A stretch of 64,000 bases of DNA from Chiloscyllium plagiosum (GCF_004010195.1 NC_057719.1:21280418-21344417); one strand, 5' to 3'; numbered from the stretch's first letter, positions 49,554-62,382 are shown. Program-made: numbers and translations. Notes: a model not told the origin generated them from the letters alone.

Positions 49554-50960
49554 TCTAATATAATATTCAGTTATTTTAACAAAGTACAGGTTGGTGTCTC
49601 AAAAATAGTTGCCAAATGCAAGGTTAGCTCATCACTTCCTATTATGGATATTTTATTTTATCTACTTTTCTGCCAAACCAATTCAGTTACAATTTGTCAA
49701 TTGCTTTGCCCAATATAGTTCATTGAAATTATAATCCAGTTTTTCCATGATATCTTGAGACATTAACCTTGATAATATCTGACACTAATACCTTTGGACA
49801 ACAATTAGAATGAAGAACACAAGACTTTATTTGCAGTCTTAAAGGGTTAAGATATCTGGTTTTGGACTGCCAAACTAATACGATGGTTTAAGAAATCAAT
49901 TGATTATTCATGTGAACTTTGATTCTGTTTCTTGTTTTTCTGCAGTTTTCCAGCTATGATTCTTCTGAATCTTAATTAATGACAGATGCTATTTGTTATG
50001 ACAGAATGCCATTCCTAAAAGGTCAGATTCTGTCCCTGAAGCAGGCATATTATCTAAATTCATTACCTATCAGAAGCCAGTCAAGCAGTAACATATGGGC
50101 TAGAGTTGCAAAATAATTACTACGCATCAGATTTCAGTCTGTAATCAGTTTTCCAGATTGAAAGAACATTGCTGAGATGATTAGGTAAAAGCATGCATTG
50201 TTTGTGATGCCTGGCTTATATTTTCCTATGTAACAATAGTCTCAATGCTTTCCAATGTGTCAAATACTTTGAGACATTTTGATAATGCGTTAATGAACTG
50301 CATAAATTTCAGAATTATCCAAACATTATTTAATCCAGGCATTTCCTTTTCCAATGCCTATCAAGAGCAAGGAGCTACATTTCTCTTCACTCAAACAAAA
50401 CAGGAAAGAAAACGTTACTTCCTTTTTGTTGGGGTTCGATTTTAACTCTTGCCGCAGGCAGAAAATAGCAAGGAAGATTGGACGGGCTTCATAACAGGCC
50501 ACAGAGCTGCTCCTGCTAGTTTTCCAAGTGGTGTTCAAAGTTAAAAGCTAGCAAATTATTTCTGAGCACTCAACTGAAGTTGTCAAAATGAATGATTTTT
50601 AAATCACATTCCTCCTGAGAATATGATTCCATCAGCAGGAATAAACTAAATTAGTCAGATGAAATTCTTTGCTAATAATGACCCTTTAACATCCCTCAAT
50701 TGTCAATGAACCATTCTATCAGAGTAAAGATAATGGTTTTTAATCCTGTTATATCATGCATAATCTCTGCACTAAATAACTGAACAAAATTTGAGAAGAT
50801 CTCAAGTGCTCCAGGATGCACTGCATTTCATGTCTGCTGTTCTAATAAATGGAAACAATTGCACATGTTTAGAATTCCTATCCAATTGAAAGTGACTTTC
50901 TCCTAGTCTAAGAGCATGTGCCAGAATAAGTTGGCTACATTGGATGGGACATATTATAGA

Positions 50961-51140
50961 TTAGGTAAAAACAAGGACTACAGATGCTGGAAACCAGAGT
51001 CTAGATTAGAATGGTGCTGGAAAGGCACAGCGGGTCAGGCAGCATCCGAGGAGCAGGAAAATCGACGTTTCGGGCAAAAGCCCTTCATCAGGAATAGAGG
51101 CAGGGAGCCTGCAGGGTGGAGAGATAAATGAGAGGGGCGT
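50961..51140 (-). mobile_element. Solo PLE-tail insertion, 11-bp TSD, hammerhead motif at 51060-51095
   Basis: TSD catattataga at 50950-50960 and 51141-51151; attc CTGATGA agggc tttt gccc GAAA c GTC gatt on minus; closely matches 6986-7125. Confidence 0.92.
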
Positions 51141-51328
51141 CATATTATAGACTTCCAATCAACATGCAAGAAATGGAAGAAGGATGTATTTAGATAAGGG
51201 AAGGGTCAGAATAACAAAATTATTGCTTTGTAAGATTTTAATTTTGGACACGGAGAGGGTAAATGAAGAAGGAGGACTTGGAATACTTAAAATATCAAGA
51301 GCGTTCCTCCCTTGGGTAGTATGTTAGC

Positions 51329-51459
51329 GAGGAGGAAGTGAGGACTGCAGATGCTGGAGATCAGAGTCGAGAGTGTGGTGCTGGAAAAGCACAGCAGGTC
51401 AGTCAGCATCCGATGAGCAGGAGCATCGATGTTTGGGCAGGAGCCCTTCATCCGGAATC
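51329..51459 (-). mobile_element. Solo PLE-tail insertion, 11-bp TSD
   Basis: TSD agtatgttagc at 51318-51328 and 51460-51470. Confidence 0.88.
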
Positions 51460-52839
51460 AGTATGTTAGCAAGCTAATGGTTTCGAGTTGTGGTTTGAAC
51501 CTGTTTGTTGCAGTAAAATGGTCTGGTAGACGAACTGAATAAGGCTGATAAGCTTGGGAGCATTAGTCATGGTGTTACACAAGCTTTCAGACCTCCTTTG
51601 AAATGGAGACGGAAACAGTACAAAAAATGGATTGGAATGGGTCTTAAAAAGCTGCAGTGAGGCAGAAGGAGAAATTGGCACAGAAGACTAGACAGCAACA
51701 GTGGGATATTTATAAAAAATGGAAAAGTATAGAATTCATTAAAAAAGAAGAAAACCAATGGTTGCTATCGGGGCCTAGGGTAAACCAGGAGATTAGACAA
51801 AACAAAACAAGGAAAAAGAAAGTGATTAGAGAGCCTCGTAAAAAGTTTAAGAAATTTTCAAATATGTAGCAGTAAAAATAAAACTACTTTCTGTTCGGTA
51901 GTGCTCTGAGAGTAGAAGTTAATTAAATCTTTCAGTGTTGTTCTGAGATAAAACAGCAGCTATATTACATAAGATATTTGTGTCAGGCTTAACTGAAGTG
52001 AATGGTATTGGTGAGGAGATGAATCTTAAGGGGGTGAGAGCAATATTAACTTGAAGCTTTTAGTAAAGCTAAAGAAATGCACAGGAATGTGCAATGGTTT
52101 TCTCTTTCAAAACCAATGCTGAATGTATGCTTTTCATTATCTTCTAAAGGCATATAAATCCTAAAACTACCAGACTGAACAGGGATCTAAAAGTGGATCT
52201 ACATGTGGACGCAAAGGGCATGACTAAGGTATTACATTTCTAATTTCGGCTGGTGTTTTCATGACAGGTGTGTGAAACGTTCAAAATGCATACTCAGCTC
52301 CTGATTGGCTGTGTATGGGACTTCTGTGTTTTCTTGTAAGGTTCAGGTTTGCAATTCATTTTTGAAAGCTGTGTTGATGTGGTACAAAGATAGCCTGGTT
52401 AGAATGCCCACTTCCATTCTTGAAGACACCAGCCAGCTCACAAAGTTGTTTAAAGGTACCCTTAACATCACTTCTCCTCTGTCTTCTTATCCCATGCTAC
52501 CATACCCACCTCAGATCCCCTACCTCCTTTCTTGTCCCATCAGATTTCAATGTTATTTTTATGCCCCCTACGATCACCCATGTCTCACCATGCAGCCTCA
52601 GATCTGCTCTGACACCCCATGTCCTCTCAGATCACTCATTGCATCCCATGCAGTCCTGTCCACATTTTCAAACACCTACTCTACTCTCTGTGCACAGTCC
52701 TCAGGCCTTCTGTGCCAGGCAATCACATTCTTTCAAGTACAGGATTGAAATATAAACCTCTCAAAAGTAATTCAAAACTCTTGTTCAGAAATCTGTCATT
52801 AATACTGTAAAGAAAAGATTGAATTGTACAAGCAAACAC

Positions 52840-53235
52840 AAATGGCCCTACTAGAGAAGGGGCAAAACTCAACCTCAAACTTGGGAAATAAGGCAGGGCA
52901 AGCGACTGAAGTGTTAGTGGACAAGCACTCCGGAACTAGTGATCACAATTCTATTAGTTTTAAAATAGTTATGGAAAAGGATCGGCTTAGTCCATTGGTT
53001 AAAGTTCTAAATTGGGGCAAGGCCACTTTTGATGGTAGTGACATGCATTTGGAAAGGCAAGGACTGATGAGAGATATTCAGTATGGCTTTGTGCATGGGA
53101 AATCATTTCTCACAAAATTAGTTTGAGTTCTTTGAAGAGGTGACAAAGAAGATTGATGAAGGCAGAGTGGTAGATTGTCTACATGGACTTTAGGAAGGCC
53201 TTTGACAAGGTTCTGCATGATTGATTGACTAGTAA
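52840..53235 (+). mobile_element. Internally deleted CR1 ORF2 fragment
   Basis: SDHNSISFKIVMEKD (EN end) joined directly to HLERQGLMRDIQYGFVHGKS..MDFRKAFDKV (RT). Confidence 0.8.
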
Positions 53236-53538
53236 CTTTGTCTAATCATTGCATAAACAACTCGCTCATCCTATGGTGTTATATCTAAGAATGACATTTC
53301 TAGGCATGAACACATGTTACTTTTACTTGTCAGAAGCTTCTCACTCTGGTCAAAAGCTCTCCAAGTGAGCACATTTTCTTCTTTTTGGCTTGCAAAAACA
53401 TATTAGCAATGACAATAAGGTACGGGAGGAAATCTAGTTATCCTGTGGTTCTCATAATGAAGTCACTGACCTCAGAAAAGATGCATTTACATTTTTGTAC
53501 CCAAGACCTTCCCAACCGACCAAAACCACTCACTAAAA

Positions 53539-54965
53539 TGATGTGATGTCAGAAAGGCTCTGGACAGGTTGTATTTTCTGCAAAAGAAAATATGCGCTAC
53601 ATTTTGCATTGAAAATCAGGCCCTGTGCATTCTTCTTTACCAATTTAGTAAATACCTGCATTGACAAAATCGTAGAGAAAGAAGGCAAAGTTGATACAGT
53701 AAATGTGCTACACATGATTTATAAAATACTTAAAGTTGTTAAGTTGTCAGGTCCAATGTATCTGAAGATATTGAGAGCAGTAAAGAGGAGAATTGAAACT
53801 ATATGTAGTCTTCTCAGCCCCTAAAAATAGATGTCAGGTGTCAGATTTTCAGTTGAGTAGGACAGATTGCTCTAGAGGTTAGTGAGTGAAGTTAAGTTAG
53901 ACAGAGAGTGGAGGATGCTTAGTGCAGAGGAGGGATGATCGAAGTCCTGCCTCTTGGAGTTGTACTGTGTCCAAGTGTTTTTAAACAAAGATAGAACATC
54001 CCTACTGCCCTCACATCCCTTCCATCACCGAACCACTCTCCAGGTCCTATGCATGTTAACACATGCCACCTTGTATCCTATACTCAATCCTAATGGCCCT
54101 TCATGTCTTCAATGTCAAACTATGCCCCTGTACCCACTCTTATTGCTGTTTATAGCCCCATGCCAATTTAATGCTAAATCATACCAGACAAGGGCTCCCA
54201 CCATCTTTGTACTCACATCTGCCATTCAGTTCAATTTGTGTTGACTGGATGCAGATTAAATGAGCAATGTAGAGATTTTTATTTATATTTATATTACTTT
54301 TATTTAGATTTTAGTGTCATGTGTGTTCGAGCATAGGAATAAGGAGTACACTGAAAAGTGTACAAAATAGGCTTCTTTTAAATGTTGTGAATATGCATTC
54401 ACTGCATTAACCATACACTGTCACTCATAAAAATCAATTTACTGTATTTACATCCCTCAATTGCATAGAACCTTAGAAGAACAAAGATTTTGTTCAAGTA
54501 CAGGTAAAGTCACAATAGTCCTGCTCTTTCATTAGAGAGAAATGTTGGTGGTTTAAACTAAGGGTCACAATGCTTCAAGTGAGAGGAGGGATTGAGAAGG
54601 AGAGCCCTTTATTGTAATCTCAGCTGGTGTGGAAATTGAACATATGCTACTGGCATCTCTCTGCATTGCTCTCCAGCCAATCTCTATCTGTCTGTGTTAC
54701 AGTGAAAGTTCATGTTTTAATCTAACACCTAGGTAACTCCAGGATTGAAATCTTAATCAGACACAATGAATCCACACTCCAGATCCTTCCACAACTCCAA
54801 CACCCCAAACTGATGTGATGTCAGAAAGGCTCTGGAAAGCTGTATTTTCTGCAAAAGAAAATACACGCTGAATTTTGTGTTGAAAATCAGGCCCTGTGCA
54901 TTTGTCTTTACCAATTAAGTAAATACTGACAAAATCGGAGAGAAAAAAGACAAAGTTGGTACAGT
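53539..54965 (+). repeat. ~160-bp diverged direct repeat (53539-53700 and 54811-54965)
   Basis: tgatgtgatgtcagaaaggctctgga..ttttctgcaaaagaaaata..ttgaaaatcaggccctgtgcatt..tgacaaaatcg in both copies. Confidence 0.9.
54500..54680 (-). mobile_element. SINE remnant (family of 41740-41946)
   Basis: aggtaaagtc..tagagaga..ttgagaagg..ctcagctgg is reverse-similar to 41740-41946. Confidence 0.5.
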
Positions 54966-56084
54966 CTAACTACATTCTAAGACCATAACTGGCATCAGAT
55001 TTTCAAAATCATATAATTATAGAATCACGGAACAGATACAACACAGAGCAAGACCATTCAATCCAGCAGATGCATGCCAGCTTCTACAAGGGTAAAGCAA
55101 CCATTGCCACTCCCCTGCCCTTTCTCTCCCCATGGCTTGAATTCTCTTTTTTTGAAAATCTCTATAAGAGACTTGAAAAGCAACTTCAATTGTGGATTTC
55201 TTACAGAAATTTGATAAGCAGTAAGATAAAAAAGAGAATTGAGATTTTGAAAGCCTGATGAAATATATTGAATTTTTAGTGAGGTTAAATTTTGAGAGGA
55301 TTATCTATAATCACAATATTTAGTTCACTTTATATATCCTTCGAAATTTTGTATATTTTTCTCCATGATTGGGAGAATGTTTATCATTTTGATTCAGAAG
55401 TTGGATCGCACTGGTAGTATTATTGTAGCCACAAGACTGTGGAAAGCATACAAATATATGTTTTAAACATACGATCCATTCATATTTTCAGAAGTGTGGC
55501 ATTCACATCCTGTTCTCTTCTCCATTAATTTACTATCAGCTTTTCATTCAGGTTTGCTGTGTTCTCTAATACTTCCACGTTAATTTTTATTTATTGTCAC
55601 ATGTTTTCTCCTGTTGTCTTTCTCCCTTTCCATTGAGCTTCAGCCAATAAGCACAATCTTTGTATCGATGCTGTAAGGATTCAACATGGGAAGCAATGTT
55701 GGTCCTTTGTTGGTTCTATCCACTCTGAAACAAGGTTAGTTCAAACGTCAGACTCCCAGGTTTCTACACATAAAATAACAGCAGTCTGCAAGTTCTCTAA
55801 ATTACGTCTGTAATCTCACCCCACGTATGCATTCACTCTCTTGTACAGAGATACACACTCAAAGATGCACACACCATCTGATCGAAAATAATGTCAACAT
55901 TCAGCAAATCTTAATGGAGGGAATTTTTAGTTGTGACTCAGTGGAATGTATATTAAACTCTTGTGTTGACTTACCTCGTACAACCTCACGTGATCTTTAA
56001 CTTGCTTCAGTTGCTCTGTTCCTATTCATGAAGCACTTGTCCATTTCATCTGACCCCTTGATAAGAAAAGAACAGTAAAAGAAG

Positions 56085-56265
56085 ACTCATTCAACTTTCG
56101 AGTCTGCTCAACAAATATCATGGCTGATTTCCTAGTAATTTTGAAAAAAACTCTTACCTTAGCTGTAGTCTCCCGGGTTCACCTCAACTCGGCCGCTGCT
56201 CCCACTCAAAATGCCACTCATTCAACTTTCGAGTCTGCTCAACAAATATCATGGCTGATTTCCTA
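56085..56265. repeat. 50-bp perfect direct repeat flanking an 81-bp insert
   Basis: actcattcaactttcgagtctgctcaacaaatatcatggctgatttccta at 56085-56134 and 56216-56265. Confidence 0.95.
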
Positions 56266-57013
56266 CTTCAATTCCACATTTTGACACTGTGTCCAAATCT
56301 CTCAATGTCTTTAGTTTCCAAACATCTCTTGATCTTTGTCTAAAAACACTCATTGATTGACTGTCCGTGCCTCTTTGGATGGGAGAATTCAATAACTTTA
56401 CAACGTTTGTTCTGAGATCGTCCCACCTGAACTTTACTGAATTACTCCATTTGGTGTGGGGCAGTGTGATGAGAAGGACCTGAAACCTGAAAGTAAATCT
56501 GCCTTGTGTCAGTTTTGTGTCATTTTTATAACTAGAGGAGAAAGCATCCAAAAATACAATGTGAAAACATCTGACAACAAGAAAGGCACTGATGGCACAA
56601 AAAAAGGATGTTATCTGATAATTGCATCTTAGCCTACTCATTAAGAAGGCTATTCAACAGAATGTATGAAGAGCTTTGATTAGGTGTAGGGGAAAGAATT
56701 ATGCCTTTTGCTTGCAAAGTCAATGTTAAGGGAATAATTATTTTAAAAATCTATTGAGAGAATGAGAGCAGATTAGGTAGAAAGTTGTTTAAGCATGGAA
56801 TGGGTTAACTAGCCTGTACGTGAAGCAAGAGAGACACAGTCTCTTAACAGAAAACTCACTTAAATCTTGAAGCAGAGAATGATTCAGATGCGGACTATAA
56901 GACCACAAGAAATAGGAACAGGAGTAGGCAACTCAACCCCTTGAGCCTGCTCTGCCATTCAATAGGATTATGGCTGACCGACGTTCTTCATGTATTCTTT
57001 CTTGCCCTTTCCA

Positions 57014-58873
57014 AGCTTTGGCAAATAGAGTTAAGGAGAATCCAACGGGTTTTTACAAATACATTAAGGACAAAAGGGTAACTCGGGAGAGAATAGGACT
57101 CTTCAAAGATCAGCAAGTTGGCCATTTTGTGGAGCCGCAAGAGATAAGGACGATATTAAATGAGTATTTTGCATCAGTGTTTACTATGGAAAAGGATATG
57201 GAAGATAAAGAATGTAGGGAAATAGATGGTGACATCTTGAAAAATGTCCATATTACAGTGGAGGAAGTGCAGGATGTCTTGAAACCCATAAAAGTGGATA
57301 AATCCACAGGATCTGATCAGATGTATCCTAGAACACTGTGGGAAGCTAGGGAAGTGATCGCTGGGCCTTTTGCTGAGATATTTGTATCATCGATAGTCAC
57401 AGGTGAGCTGCCGGAAGACTGGGGGATGGCAAACGTGGTGCCACTGTTTAAGAAGGGTGGTAAAGACAAGCCAGGGAACTATAGACCAGTGAGCCTGACG
57501 TCAGTGATGGGCAAGTTGTTGGAGGGAATCCTGAGGGACAGGATGTACATGTATTTGGAAAGGAAAGGACTGATTAGGGATAGTCAACATGGCTTTGTGC
57601 ATGGGAAATCATGTCTCACAAACTTGATTGAGTTATTTGAAGAAGAAACAAAGAGGATTGATGAGGGCAGAGTGGTGGACATGATCAATATGGACTTCAG
57701 TAAGGCGTTCGACAAGGTTCCCCATAGGAGACTGGTCAGCAAGGTTAGATCTCATGGAATACAGGGAGAGCTAGCCATTTGAATACAGAACTGGCTCAAA
57801 GGTAGAAGACAGCGGGTGGTGGTGGAGGGTTGGTTTTCAGACTGGAGGCCTGTGACCAGTGGAGTGCCACAAGGAGTGGGGCTGGGTCCTCTACTTTTTG
57901 TCATTTACATAAATGATTTGAATATGAGTATAAAAGGCATAGTAAGTAAGTTTGCGGATGGCATCAAAATTGGAGGTGCATTGGACAGTGAAGAAGGTTG
58001 CCTCAGATTACAACAGGATCTTGATCAGATGAGCCAATGGGCTGAGAAGTGGCAGATGGAGTTTAATTTAGATAAGTGCGAGGTGCTGCATTTTGGGAAA
58101 GCAAATCTTAGCAGGACTTCAGCACTTAATGGTAAGGTCCTAGGGAGTGTTGATGAACAAAGAGACCTTGGAGTGGAGGTTCATAGCTCCTTAAAAGTGG
58201 AGTCGCAGGTAGACAGAATAATGAAGAAGGCGTTTGGTATGCTTTCAGAGTTGGTCAGAGTTTTGAATACAGGAGTTGGGAGATCATGTTGTGGCTGTAC
58301 AGGACACTGATATGACGACTTTTGGAATATTGTGCACAATTCTGGTCCCCTTCCTATCGGAAGGATATTGTGAAACTTGAAAGGGTTCAGAAAACATTTG
58401 CAAGGATGTTGCCAGGCTTAGAGGATTTGAGAAATAGGGAGAGGTTGAATAGGCTGGGGCTGCCTTCCCTGGAGCATCGTAGGCTGAGGGGTGAGCTTAT
58501 GGAGGTTTATAAAATCATGGGGGGGGCATGGATAGGATAAGTAGACAAAGTCTCTTCCCTGGGGTGGGGTTGACCAGAACTGGAGGGCATGGGTTTAGGG
58601 TGAGAGAGGAAAGATATAAAAGAGAACTAAGGGTCTACCTTTTCACGCAGAGGGTAGTACGTGTATGGAATGAGCTGCTAGAGGATGTGGTGGAGGCTGG
58701 TACAATTGCAACATTTAAAAAGCATCTGGATGGGTATATGAATAGGAAGGGTTAGGAGGGATATGGGCCAGATGCTGGCAGGTGGGACTAGATTGGGTTG
58801 GGATACCTGGTTGGCATGGATGAGTTGGACCGAAGGGTCTGTTTCCATGCTGTACATCTCTATGACTCTATGA
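57014..58873 (+). mobile_element. CR1 LINE, 5'-truncated, RT domain plus 3' UTR (stops/frameshifts), inserted into an older antisense CR1 tail (56895-57010 and 58874-59030)
   Basis: LNEYFASVFT, PGNYRPVSLTS, SQHGF, MDFSKAFDKVPH, SGVPQG..LGPLLF, KFAD, LERVQK, TGGH, WNEL. Confidence 0.96.
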
Positions 58874-59167
58874 TAACCCTCGATTCCCATACTAATCAAG
58901 AATCTATCGACCTCAGTCTCGTCCTAGAATGTCCCATGAGGCGAAGCATCCTTTCAGTATTTAACGATCAATCCCCTTAAGAACCCCATATGTTTCAATG
59001 AGATCACCTCTTATTCTTCTAAATTCCAATGAGTTGAGTGACAAAGAGGAACTGTTACATTTGTTCAGGATTATCGTTGAGAAAATCTTCGCATACATTT
59101 TGAATGAAAAGGCTTCTTTCTATCCTGTGAACCTCTATGTTGCTATTCCCACTGAGTTTTTAAATGA

Positions 59168-59372
59168 CAGAAGTTGCTAGGCAAGCTCAGCAGGTCTGGC
59201 AACATGTGCGAAGAGAAATCAGAGTTAACGTTTCAGGTCCAGTGACTTTTCTTTAGACCTGCTGTTAACTCTGGTTTCTCTTCACAGATGCTGCCAGACC
59301 TGCTGAGCTTTTCCAGCAACTTCTGTTCTCATTGCTGATTTATAGCATCCGCAGTTCTTTTGGTTTTTCTTC
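59168..59372. mobile_element. Fold-back PLE-tail insertion (older family)
   Basis: acagaagttgct..gctcagcaggtctggca..gaagagaaatcagagttaac / gttaactctggtttctcttc..tgccagacctgctgagc..agcaacttctgt. Confidence 0.85.
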
Positions 59373-59409
59373 AAGTTTTAATTGAGACCGAAGAAGAATC
59401 ATTTGCATC

Positions 59410-59737
59410 GTTGGTCAGTGGTTAGCACTACTGCCTCACTGTGCCAGGGATCTGAGTTTGATTCCAGCCTTGAGTGACTATCCATATGACGTTTGCACAT
59501 TCTCCCCATGTCTGCGTGGGTTCCCTCCAGTTGCTCCGGTTTCCTCCCACAGTCCAAAGATGTGCAGGTTGGGTGAATTGCCCATCCTAAATTACCCATA
59601 GTGTTCAGTGATGTGTAGGTTAGGTGCAGTACTGTAATGGGGTGGGGGAGTGGGTCTGGGTGGGTGGGTTGTTCTTCAGAGAGTTGGTGTGGACTTGTCG
59701 GGCCGATGGGCCTGTTCCACACTGTCGGGACTCTATG
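59410..59737 (+). mobile_element. V-SINE/HE1-like SINE, near full length
   Basis: cagtggttagcactactgcctcac..gtttgattcc; core tttgcacattctccccatgtctgcgtggg..tcctcccacagtccaaagatgtgcagg; CR1-like tail. Confidence 0.88.
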
Positions 59738-60431
59738 GCTGCAAATGATTTAACCAAAACAGTTAAGTTTCCTTCTTCACTGTTTTGAAAGAGACATTGA
59801 CTTGATTAAATATAATGGGTTAATGCACCCTATTGAAACTAAGGAGAAACAAACTTAAGATGGCAATTTTAAGTGTTCATGCTCTGGAGTGCCACTGCAC
59901 AATTTCAAAGTCATGAAGTTTCCAAGCATCACTAATTAGATATTAGTTAGGATCAAACAAAAAGCCATGGTAAGAACTCTCATCATCAAAAGAATTTCAC
60001 AGTATCTGTGGACTATTTAAACATTAGCCACTTTATCAAAGAATCATCTGATTATCTAACATACACCATTGATTAGGACTTGTCTCTTCTAAAGAATGAT
60101 AACAATTTTAAAATTCTAGTAACATACTGGAGGAACATCACTACTTCTCATTCACTTTACAAATCTTGTAAACTGTGTTGCATGTGGAACTTTAACCACT
60201 TTAAGGGACATTTTCTGTTTGCTTATAAAAATTAATCTGGACTAAACACTGTGTAAATTGGCAAACATGAATAATACACTCCTGACATGGGTGAGGTTTG
60301 CATATCAGGAAATTGTGAACCTCATCTCATGATTTTCTGTCCATTAATTTTAGCAAGAAGCAAAAGTATGTTTAAAAGCTTGAAGGCAAGACCATAAAGA
60401 TTTCAACGGCTTGACAGTGGGAAAAATGATG

Positions 60432-61294
60432 AGGCAAGATTTTACATTTCTTAGCAGGTTGAGGGGAGGCAGCACAGAAATAAAATGGTCTGCTCACTTC
60501 CACTCTGCCATCACTGTACATTTTCCCAAGTGCGGATAGACACTCAGAAGGAAAATAGTCGATTGCAAATGCAAATGAAACTTGCTTCCTTCCTCTTGCT
60601 CACTTACAAACACTGGAGTTATTATCACAGACAGTTTCTCATTTTTGTCTTTAGATGCCACAGTACACTCAGTGGTTGTGACTTTGGTTTATTATGGAAA
60701 AAAGTGTCGCAGCGACATTCACACTGGATTATGAATCATTTTATGAGCACTTCTGTGTGATCACACAACTTGTGGCTTCTGTGAAACTCCATACACAACT
60801 ACCACTGTCAGGAGGCCGGGGGGTGGGGGCTGGGGGGAGGGTGGGTAAGTCTGCAGATTCAGAAGTCAGTCATGGTTAGAGCCACAAAGCTTCCTGCTCT
60901 CAAAGCCAGTCTTTTTTTCTATTGAAGATGCATAAGAGATAAATGAAAACGGTTAAAAGAAAGATAAACATGCTTTCAACTTTGCTGATATAATAAGCTG
61001 GCATTTAGAAATGGCAGGCCCTTTCTACTGCCCTTGTGCCACCCCATTGCCGTTAGTGGAAACGGACACCAAATTTAGTCAGGACAGCCCAAAGCTGCAC
61101 TGGACAATGAAAAGTTGCTGACTCTCATGTTGTTAATGGTTTCAACACGGAATGCTGATGTCTGTGCTTACATGTTTTCCAAATGGTCAGAGACTGGCAA
61201 CGATGTCATTGTGATGCCAATTTGATGGTATCACACCACGGTGGGTGAGGGTTTGGGGACAGCTTTCCTGGTTTAGGAATGTAAAATCCAGCCC
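60432..61294. mobile_element. Harbinger-type non-autonomous DNA transposon (MITE-like)
   Basis: TIRs aggcaagattttacatt / aatgtaaaatccagccc (14/17); 3-bp TSD ATG at 60429-60431 and 61295-61297. Confidence 0.6.
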
Positions 61295-61751
61295 ATGGTG
61301 GCAGTGTTGATACCTGACATACAGTGATATACAGGGGTTGAGGTTCTGATGTTTCAAAAGGGATCAGTGGTGGTTCTAGTTTCATTCTCCAAAGAAGCTT
61401 CTATTCTCCAGAGGTTTATATGCTTTGCCCTTTTCCATTACAATGTTCCAACGCCCCTTAAATAAAACCTCGAGTCCCGCTGACCTCAGGCCCTCCATCC
61501 CTTGAAATCTTGTGTTTCCGATTCCAAGATCAAATAACTTAATTTCCATGCTCGAAAGCCCCATAGTGAATGCATTCTCACTATTCACAGAATCACAGAT
61601 TTATTATGGTGCAGAAGGAGACCAATTAGCTCATAGCTGTTCCCAAGCCTCCAATGCACCAAATGAGCCTCTCCAATATGGTTAGGTCCTAGGATTACTT
61701 TCTTGGGATCCCAGGCCTGCCCTATTGTTCTTTATTAGAGCTCTCAGTGAC

Positions 61752-62382
61752 AGAATTAGAATTAGCTTTATTGTTACATGTACTCAAACGAATACAATGA
61801 AAAGTGTAAAAGTCGCCACTTACAGCACCATCTTAGGTACAAAGGTCCCTATGTACAGCTTCTTCAATTACAGTTCTTAGAAAAATAGAAAAGTAAAAAG
61901 TCCAGCATTGCAGATTTTAGGAATAAAGTATGAAATGATGAAAAATAAGTACAATGAAGGACCACCACATCAGCCTGAGGGGACTCCACTCAGGCCCAAG
62001 AGACCACCAAGTTGAGGTGTGAGGGCATCTCGCTGGGCCAGGAAGCTGCCATGGCAGGGCAAGAGGATGCCACCTCAGATCTGCGCTGAGGCCGGGAATT
62101 CCAATGCCGCAAGTTCAGCAGTCGCGAGGTCAGAGGCCAGGAGTTCCGAGCCGAGGCTTTTGAGTCTGGAAGATCCAAGATCATAAGATTTGAGGCCAGG
62201 AGTTCAGAGGCTGCGAAGCACCAAGACCATGAGGTTGCAGGCCGGGAGGTCCAAGGCCAGGAGATCAGAGGCTGAGCAGGCTGAATGGGAGAAAAGAAGA
62301 AGACAAAAGAAAGAAAAAAAGAAAAGGAATGGACGGAGTGGACGAGATCTAGTTGAAGCGTCCTACTTCACCGCCATCTTGG
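61752..62382 (-). mobile_element. Non-coding GC-rich element with a Rex1-like 3' tail
   Basis: Minus strand starts ccaagatggcgg, then a pyrimidine tract; ends ttttcattgta..gtacatgtaacaataaag(ctaatt)n. Confidence 0.65.

Noticed and set aside
35132..56265. Repeat-spacer-repeat units (35132 and 56085) as CRISPR-like arrays
   Set aside because: Only two repeats each, unrelated to each other, eukaryotic context, no cas genes
56970..58755. Consecutive + strand ORFs as an active LINE
   Set aside because: 5'-truncated, premature stop at 57780, frameshifts, FADD mutated to FADG
60600..60690. Minus-strand 74-nt open exon-like segment with GTAAGT donor
   Set aside because: Weak acceptor, lies inside a putative MITE, peptide unrecognisable
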